Shown one piece after another: positions 6,275-12,622 of a stretch of 12,622 nucleotides of DNA. Each line of letters opens with the position of its first letter. Position 1 is the stretch's first letter. The stretch lies in contig JADGIF010000256.1 in NCBI GenBank assembly GCA_018985225.1, forward strand, positions 1 to 12,622, written 5' to 3'. Under the pieces are notes generated by a model. That model ran no database searches and was not told the origin of the DNA. It saw nothing but the letters and a program-made list of their open reading frames with translations. The position numbers were made by a program, and so were the translations under genes. The stretch comes from Amoeboradix gromovi X-113 (Eukaryota; Fungi; Sanchytriomycota).

Positions 6275-9200
6275 TTATTTATTCAATTTGGTGTCTGATT
6301 TGTTCTTCTTTCTCTTCCCACTTGAAGCATCTGCTTTTCTCTTTTTAGTAGGTTCCACTGTCATTCTGTTTATTTCCATGTCCATAATCATAAAGAGCTT
6401 ACGATCTGTGCAAGAATTAAAAATAGAATCTCTTGCTTCTTGTACACTGTTGTAATCATTTGATATTGCTTCATAGAGTAATTCATTTCCTTGACCGCTC
6501 ACAGTAGAGTATATAACTTGCTTAAACTCCTCTGTATAGTTTTTTTCTCTCATTTTATTCAAAGCCCTTTCGATTTTACCAGCTATATTGTTAAACTCCT
6601 TGTGGATCCATTGCTGCAATTGCTTTCCCATTAAAGACACGCTGTGATCTGGCTTGTTAAACTTATAGCAATTCTCGAATATTAAATCAACTTTGTTAAG
6701 CCACAGTTTTATATCGCCAATCTCTCCATTCTTCGTCATTGCCATTAATGTTTTGAAATCCATCGGACTATCAATGATCGTGTAATATTGTGGAATATTT
6801 AGCTTGACTGCATCTACAGGCTCAATAAATGGAATGGAATTCTTTCTACTGAATATCTTGGTTGCAAATGATTCTAATATGCTGCATTCCACCTGCCCGA
6901 TGTATTGATTCAATATTGTAGGTGCCAAGGTACTGGAAACTAATGTAGCTACATTTTCCTGAACACTGGCTACCAAACTAGGAGCTGTGTCGTGTGCACT
7001 TGCTACAACACTATTCGCTGTATCTTGAGTGCTTGCAATTTTGTTCAGCTCTGCTTGTATAATATTCCTAATTTCTAACCCTGCTAGATGTATAGCATTA
7101 TCGGGTGGATTGAATATTAAACAGTTCTTTATCATCAGTTCCAAGTCACTAGCTACGTCACTTAATGTATAATGACTATTGCTGTTAATGTTGAGTGATA
7201 TTGTCGAGAGATCCATTGGATTCTTGATTACCGCTGTATAACTCGGTATGTTCATTGCTATTGGATCCACAGGCGTTACAAATGGCCAAGCCTGCTGTCT
7301 TCTTTTGATAGAGGTTATAAGCGACTTCAGTTTTGATTTGGATACCTGCATGTGCAAAGGATAGTTTAGCGAGTACTTGGATGGGTCAATTGAGCATTCT
7401 TGTGTAGAATTCACCATCGATTCTTTTGAAGGTACTGCTTTAGAATCTGTAGCAGAAGGTACGATGTTCTCTGGCGCCATCTTTGAATTGCTATCTTCAA
7501 CACTTTTTGGCATTGTGATTGGCTCCCGCAACGCCGGAATGCTAATATTTGGATAATAAATTACCCACGTTCTTTTGAAGTGAGAATAGAGTGTATACGC
7601 ATCTTTGACTACTTGAGAGACGCTGCTGTTGAATGTTATGCAATTTTGCAGCATTAATACCACATCGTTCAAAAACATCAGCACCGTATACTCTGTATTC
7701 ATGACATTATCTTTAATAGTATTTAAATCCATGGGTGTTTTAATAACATCGAAATAATCTGGAATTCCGAGTGCATGCGGGTCTATGGGATGTCTAAAAT
7801 TAAAACTACTAGGGTGATCATTTAGCGCATTCCATATAACTATTAGAATAGTATTGACAACAGGAGCACTAACAGTGTCAGAGACTACCTCATCAACTAT
7901 AGAATCAGCCAAGTTAGGAGAATCTAATTGTTCAATTCCCAGCTTTTTCAGCAGATCTGTCATTGTGAACTCATTGAGTCTGCCTGTTACATCTTTTATT
8001 ACTTTGAAGTCGGTGGTATTTGCAAACAAAGTTTTAATTAGCTCCAATTCATTGGTACCGACACTTAATTCAAATTCTTCCCAGCTCTGCAGCACATCTT
8101 TATAATCACCCGTATCCTTGTAATGCTCGCTGTATTTGTTGTAGTACTCCCGTATAAGACTAACAAATTGACTTAAATCCAGACTTGACTCTTGCAGCAT
8201 TGAATACAGCAATTTCATATCGTTCTCATTGTTGATTTTACTTAGCATAACTGGAGTCCTTTTAACCAATGATAACAATTCATGGCCTTTCTTAATCGAG
8301 CTATCCTGGTGCTTATTGTACAAGGTAGATTTAACCTTTAATTTCAAATACTTTTTGACTGGTTCCATTAATTCAGAGCTCGGCTCTATAATTTGCTGGA
8401 TAGCTATCAAATGTAGTTTATTTAACCTATCCTCAATATATGGCAATATCTCAGTAATGTTGTTGTTAATTGTAACCAGCACCTTCTGGTTGGTAGTTGG
8501 CGTATTGCTTGATAATAAACAATATTGTAATAACATCTGTATTAGTCCAGTCTGTAGATCAGTGCTGCAAATAGAGTTGAAGTAGTAGGTCATGAATGTA
8601 CTGTTTTCCAACGTATTCAACAAGAGTAGAGATTCAAATGCCTGCAGTTTCACCAAATGATGATTATTTATTGTGTATGGCAAAATACGCTGAATATCAA
8701 TAGGTATAAAATCCATCAACATACAATGGGATATAAATGCTATACATTGCACCAGTGTCTTCGGCTGCTTGTGGTGTATTCTACACGATTCTACAAGGAA
8801 TACTGCCTTCTTAAACAATAAATGATCTATACCGGTAGCATGAATGGTATTGGTGTTGATACCAGAGTTTGTGTATGCAAGCTTGCAGTTCGATATAATC
8901 TCCATATGATTGCTATGGCTGTCCTGGTTTCCAATTATCTCTTCATTGATATCAGTAGATTCCTTGACTTCATTCAAAGTTGGTATAAATGCATGGTGGA
9001 CGCTATTAATCAGCAATGCCATGTAATCATCATCATTGAATTGGTTGTTGCTGTTGTCTGCACATTTCAGTAAATCAATTGTCAATTTACGGATCAGAGG
9101 TGGGGCAACGCCCTGGACCATCTGTGGCAAATCGAGCACCTGCATAGTTTGTTGGTTCATTTGCTGGTGATACTGTTGCAATTGCTGATGCTGTTGCTGA

Positions 9201-11335
9201 ATTACGGTAGATGGCGTATTGTTTAGTTGACCCAATTGCTGAGTACTTTGCTGTATTTGAGACTGCATTAGCCTTTGAGAAATAGAGCTTGTCATGCCTA
9301 AAGACGATTCCCTGATGCTGGGAATAGTTATAGTTGTTTGAGGTATCCTAATCTTACTCAATGCTTGAATAGCACTAGTAGCAACTTGATACTGTCCAAA
9401 ATGACTAAAATCATTACTTTTTAGTACTAATGGTGTAAAAAAAAGGTATTTGTACAGTCCAGGCTGCTTGACTTCTAAGTCTAGTTTAACACCAATCTCC
9501 AGATTATGAATAAACAATGGGCGGGTTAGAATGGAATGAGGGCTATTAAATGGGTCAACATTATCATTTTCACACCAAAATCGCTTGACATACTGTAAGA
9601 GATAGTACATTCCAATTACGTGGTGATCGCTTAGCGCATAAGCAGCTTCGCTTCTTATGAAAGGATGATACCTGTGATTACAGATAATTCTAAATAATGT
9701 CGTTGCAGCACAAGGTTCTTTCGACTGTTGTAACTGCGATATACCCTGCATTTGGGTATTCATATCTAGCTCTTTCAACACCATTTGTGCCACCATATAT
9801 TCGGATTGCTTTACGTTGATATTGCCAATCCAAAGATGATCACAGTCTACTTGTATGTATTCCATAGCCTCATCCTCGGGCTTAGTGTACTCTGCAACCA
9901 CTATTCCATTAATATCACGATGGAACATCACATCTTCCATTTCTGCATTTCTGAATCGTTTAACCCTCTTATAACGAGTATTATATCTTATGTCAAATTG
10001 CTGTGACTGTTTTTGGATGTCTAGTACATGCTCATAACTACCATCAGACTCTTGAATCTTTATTGCTAAGGAGCCCGTAAATACAGGGCCACCAGGAATT
10101 GTTTTGGACTGAGATACATCGATTTCAACGCACGACTTTCTTTTGTTATATACCCAAGTAATGTTTAATATGGGTAGACCAGGGTAAAATATGTATTGCT
10201 TGATGTACGATTGAAAATTGAAAGTCGTTTGCTTCTTTAACTTGTTAATGAACTCGTTTGTGTTTAGTGTGTGGATATACAGAATATCATTGTTGCTAGT
10301 AAGCGGTACAGCAGATACATTAGAGTCGACATCATTGCTTGTTTCGGGTTTCTCATTTCCATAATTATCCATTTTATTACATTTCTTGGTAAGTTGTGAT
10401 ATAAAAGCATCCATCGCCTGTTCTCCAACACATTTGCCTAGACCATTCATGATTAATGCGCATTTTGAAACGTAATAATTGTGAGCAGTTATAGCATTTA
10501 AATTATTAGTCACAACGTTACCAGATATGCGTTTAATATAGAACTCTGCAATGCTTGGGACAGTATGTTGTGACTCAATTCTTGTGAGCATCAGGATAGT
10601 TTTATAAACGTAAAATTGCACAAAAGAAGGACCAAATACATGTTTTAATAGTTTGATATACAGGTAGCCACGTAGACCAACAGTAACCCACAAATGATTC
10701 AACTGATATTCTATCAAGGGGTAAGGCTTACTATAATCTTTGGAGTACGGGTTTCTGGCTAGTGGACAGCGAATGTAATAGCCAAAAGTCAATCCCGCTA
10801 TATGCCAGCATATACCCATTAGAAAAGCTGTCATAGACTCAACTGTATCAGGCCATGTTAAGAAAATAACATTTGATGAAGACACAAGACCTTGTTCAGG
10901 CGGATTTTGATCAGTTTCTGGTTGATTATCCAAACTGGGGAGCAGGACCAATTTAAATGCAAAGTCAGACAAGTCATGAATAAACGTCAAGAATGATTGG
11001 ACTGTATAACCATGAAATAGTTCATCTTCACTTGTAGATGGCTTGGCTTTAGCAGGTAAATACAACTCCTTATTATGAAAGCGGTGGCTTTCGAATTGGC
11101 CGTGAAGTACATACACATCATCCAATGTATGATACTGGTTCTTGAAGTGAGGAAAAAGGATATTTAGTGGAAATGGGCCATTTATAAAATAAGGAAGAGT
11201 CTTAGGATTGTACTTTGCTTCTTCAGTAAATTGAGGGGTTTGCTTTTGAGTTGGACAATTAACCGTTTGTTCCTCTATGATTCCGGAGCCCGAGCCAGAG
11301 ATTTGCACATTTTGCGAGTTAATGGTGTGTTTCAT
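6275..11335 (-). CDS. TAF2: TFIID subunit TAF2 (inactive M1-aminopeptidase fold) with three C-terminal bromodomains
   Basis: TAF2 signatures: WVYNKRKSCVEIDVSQ, FTGSLAIKIQESDGSYEHVLDI, FDIRYNTRYKRVKR, EYIQVDCDHLWIGNI, IRSEAAYAL, KSNDFSHFGQY, DLLKCADNSNNQFNDDDY. Three PMD-containing bromodomains follow, then a basic NLS-like tail. Intronless; CCCC directly precedes the ATG. Confidence 0.93.
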   Translation of the reverse strand: MKHTINSQNVQISGSGSGIIEEQTVNCPTQKQTPQFTEEAKYNPKTLPYFINGPFPLNILFPHFKNQYHTLDDVYVLHGQFESHRFHNKELYLPAKAKPSTSEDELFHGYTVQSFLTFIHDLSDFAFKLVLLPSLDNQPETDQNPPEQGLVSSSNVIFLTWPDTVESMTAFLMGICWHIAGLTFGYYIRCPLARNPYSKDYSKPYPLIEYQLNHLWVTVGLRGYLYIKLLKHVFGPSFVQFYVYKTILMLTRIESQHTVPSIAEFYIKRISGNVVTNNLNAITAHNYYVSKCALIMNGLGKCVGEQAMDAFISQLTKKCNKMDNYGNEKPETSNDVDSNVSAVPLTSNNDILYIHTLNTNEFINKLKKQTTFNFQSYIKQYIFYPGLPILNITWVYNKRKSCVEIDVSQSKTIPGGPVFTGSLAIKIQESDGSYEHVLDIQKQSQQFDIRYNTRYKRVKRFRNAEMEDVMFHRDINGIVVAEYTKPEDEAMEYIQVDCDHLWIGNINVKQSEYMVAQMVLKELDMNTQMQGISQLQQSKEPCAATTLFRIICNHRYHPFIRSEAAYALSDHHVIGMYYLLQYVKRFWCENDNVDPFNSPHSILTRPLFIHNLEIGVKLDLEVKQPGLYKYLFFTPLVLKSNDFSHFGQYQVATSAIQALSKIRIPQTTITIPSIRESSLGMTSSISQRLMQSQIQQSTQQLGQLNNTPSTVIQQQHQQLQQYHQQMNQQTMQVLDLPQMVQGVAPPLIRKLTIDLLKCADNSNNQFNDDDYMALLINSVHHAFIPTLNEVKESTDINEEIIGNQDSHSNHMEIISNCKLAYTNSGINTNTIHATGIDHLLFKKAVFLVESCRIHHKQPKTLVQCIAFISHCMLMDFIPIDIQRILPYTINNHHLVKLQAFESLLLLNTLENSTFMTYYFNSICSTDLQTGLIQMLLQYCLLSSNTPTTNQKVLVTINNNITEILPYIEDRLNKLHLIAIQQIIEPSSELMEPVKKYLKLKVKSTLYNKHQDSSIKKGHELLSLVKRTPVMLSKINNENDMKLLYSMLQESSLDLSQFVSLIREYYNKYSEHYKDTGDYKDVLQSWEEFELSVGTNELELIKTLFANTTDFKVIKDVTGRLNEFTMTDLLKKLGIEQLDSPNLADSIVDEVVSDTVSAPVVNTILIVIWNALNDHPSSFNFRHPIDPHALGIPDYFDVIKTPMDLNTIKDNVMNTEYTVLMFLNDVVLMLQNCITFNSSVSQVVKDAYTLYSHFKRTWVIYYPNISIPALREPITMPKSVEDSNSKMAPENIVPSATDSKAVPSKESMVNSTQECSIDPSKYSLNYPLHMQVSKSKLKSLITSIKRRQQAWPFVTPVDPIAMNIPSYTAVIKNPMDLSTISLNINSNSHYTLSDVASDLELMIKNCLIFNPPDNAIHLAGLEIRNIIQAELNKIASTQDTANSVVASAHDTAPSLVASVQENVATLVSSTLAPTILNQYIGQVECSILESFATKIFSRKNSIPFIEPVDAVKLNIPQYYTIIDSPMDFKTLMAMTKNGEIGDIKLWLNKVDLIFENCYKFNKPDHSVSLMGKQLQQWIHKEFNNIAGKIERALNKMREKNYTEEFKQVIYSTVSGQGNELLYEAISNDYNSVQEARDSIFNSCTDRKLFMIMDMEINRMTVEPTKKRKADASSGKRKKNKSDTKLNK
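6593..6880 (-). other. Bromodomain 3 of TAF2 (approximate bounds)
   Basis: PFIEPVDAVKLNIPQYYTIIDSPMDFKTL...NCYKFNKPDHSVSLMGKQLQ. Confidence 0.9.
7045..7335 (-). other. Bromodomain 2 of TAF2 (approximate bounds)
   Basis: AWPFVTPVDPIAMNIPSYTAVIKNPMDLSTI...NCLIFNPPD. Confidence 0.9.
7565..7849 (-). other. Bromodomain 1 of TAF2 (approximate bounds)
   Basis: FRHPIDPHALGIPDYFDVIKTPMDLNTI...NCITFN. Confidence 0.9.
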
Positions 11336-11446
11336 GGGGCTAACTTAAAGAGTTAAAGAAAATGAAATCTTATTGTTAATAACAAACAGTAAATTTGCCC
11401 GCGAATTTGGCTTAAAAATTTTAAAATTAACTTTAATCCCCCTGAA
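11336..11446. promoter_or_regulatory. Putative compact bidirectional promoter between TAF2 and the small ORF
   Basis: 111-bp AT-rich spacer with a C-run facing each ATG and a central quasi-palindrome AAATTTGCCCGCGAATTT (11391-11408). Confidence 0.5.
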
Positions 11447-11545
11447 ATGCTTGGAGGAAGATTCCGAAATCCAAAAATGTTCGTTCAGGGTGCAAGTCTT
11501 TGTCTAACAGTTGCATTTCTGCATTTGTGGAAATTTGAGCAATAA
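11447..11545 (+). CDS. Putative 32-aa single-pass membrane microprotein (MLGGRFRNPKMFVQGASLCLTVAFLHLWKFEQ)
   Basis: Preceded by CCCCCTGAA, AATAAA overlaps the stop (11541-11546), and it fills the gap between the promoter and the NOT4 stop. Basic N-terminus followed by an uncharged stretch of about 18 residues. Confidence 0.6.
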   Translation: MLGGRFRNPKMFVQGASLCLTVAFLHLWKFEQ

Positions 11546-11559
11546 ATGTTATTTCAAAC

Positions 11560-12444
11560 CTATTTATTAGTTAGTTTATATGGATCAAATTTCTTTGGGT
11601 CATGATATAATTCAGCGTTCATATTTATCCATCTTTGGCAAAGGCTAAGAGAGCTTAACTGAGTAGTAACAACTGGCTGGCGAGGGGGAAGTTGCCCTAC
11701 ATTACTAAAATGTAGCTTTGGTGGATTCAAGCGGTACTCCTCAATTTTGTCACCAAAAGTTCTCAGTAGGTACGACAAATCTGCTGCCTGCGGTCCAAAT
11801 ATCTTATGCGCTGAATACTTCTTTGTCTGTGTAGTCGAAAGTTGCGCTAAATCTTCTTTAGTTAAATGATCCTCTGATAGGACATGCAAATACATGCAAT
11901 CGGCATTTTGACAGGGCTGACCTTTAAGGAAATGGATGCAGTACTTCGTAGTACCATGCCGTGCTCTTAATCTCTGACCCTGCCAAACAGATCCATCTAC
12001 AGCCTCAATAGCAGAATTAGCGGAAACTTCATTTTCAAATGTAATGTATACTCCGATACTATCATTAGGCAGCGTTGGAACCTGGCCAAGTTTGCTATTC
12101 ATTACAATTTTGTGAATATCCCCAAACTGACCGAAGTATTGCTGAGATTGTAGTAAAGATTCTGTAACTTGACCTGTAAACCCGCTAACATAAACCAAAT
12201 TTTTCTGCAATACGCGTACATTCTGTAGTTTCATTCTTTCTAATTCAACTTTAGGCTTCTTAGGCAGCGGTTCTATTTTGTATCTATCAGCTTCGTACGC
12301 CCTTCTACAATTCGGGCATCTACCATCCTCGTTTAATATTTGGTTCCAACAGAATTGACATATTGGGAATTTGCAGTCACAAGGAATAAACAGCTCAGTT
12401 AACTCTTCCAGGCAAACAAGGCAACAATCATCTTCATTTTCCAT
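11560..12444 (-). CDS. NOT4: CCR4-NOT-associated E3 ubiquitin ligase Not4/Mot2/CNOT4 (294 aa)
   Basis: C4C4 RING (CLVC...PCDC...ICQFCW...GRCPNCRRAY), NVRVLQKNLVYV RRM with YFGQFGDIHKI, and a GTTKYC...C...CMYLH C3H1 finger. The first ATG is at 12444; the track start at 12450 is a TTG. Confidence 0.97.
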   Translation of the reverse strand: MENEDDCCLVCLEELTELFIPCDCKFPICQFCWNQILNEDGRCPNCRRAYEADRYKIEPLPKKPKVELERMKLQNVRVLQKNLVYVSGFTGQVTESLLQSQQYFGQFGDIHKIVMNSKLGQVPTLPNDSIGVYITFENEVSANSAIEAVDGSVWQGQRLRARHGTTKYCIHFLKGQPCQNADCMYLHVLSEDHLTKEDLAQLSTTQTKKYSAHKIFGPQAADLSYLLRTFGDKIEEYRLNPPKLHFSNVGQLPPRQPVVTTQLSSLSLCQRWINMNAELYHDPKKFDPYKLTNK

Positions 12445-12452
12445 TTTCAATT

Positions 12453-12461
12453 ATTTCAGGG
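12453..12461 (-). promoter_or_regulatory. CCCTGAAAT start-proximal motif of NOT4
   Basis: The minus strand reads CTCTCCCTGAAATAATTGAAAATG. Confidence 0.6.
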
Positions 12462-12622
12462 AGAGCAAAATTGGGACATTCTATGCAAACCTGAGAAACA
12501 TTTTCAAAACTAATTTCACAAAAAAAGTAGAACAAGTCAAGTAGAGACGTCTCATATTCTGTCGCATGCACTTTAGGGGACAGCTCGCAAATACTGATTC
12601 CTCTTTTTCGGTTCTAAACTCA

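Noticed and set aside
6270-10006. Plus-strand ORFs antisense to TAF2
   Set aside because: Shadow frames with no independent features.
3416-12444. Alternative genetic code (TAA/TAG read as Gln)
   Set aside because: SPB1 ends with TAA at its expected C-terminus, and the long conserved ORFs contain no internal TAA/TAG.

Overview
AT-rich, gene-dense, nearly intron-free eukaryotic DNA in the standard genetic code. It looks most like a compact early-diverging fungal or opisthosporidian genome (inference). The right three quarters hold three conserved housekeeping genes: SPB1 rRNA 2'-O-methyltransferase (3416-5773, +), a TAF2 fused to three BET-like bromodomains (6275-11335, -), and a minimal NOT4 E3 ligase (11560-12444, -). 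A probable unannotated 32-aa microprotein gene (11447-11545, +) lies between TAF2 and NOT4. The left ~3.4 kb is accessory. It holds the 3' part of a gene that probably encodes a coiled coil followed by a PD-(D/E)xK restriction-endonuclease-fold domain, split by a probable mini-intron or frameshift. A scrambled partial copy of the same gene follows, made of an inverted N-terminal piece with a 21-bp tandem array joined to a direct-orientation internal piece, and then some orphan or decayed ORFs. Genes share a simple expression grammar: a CCC or GGG motif (three times CCCTGAAAT) just before the ATG, and AATAAA overlapping or next to the stop codon. No rRNA, tRNA, CRISPR array or recognisable transposase was seen.
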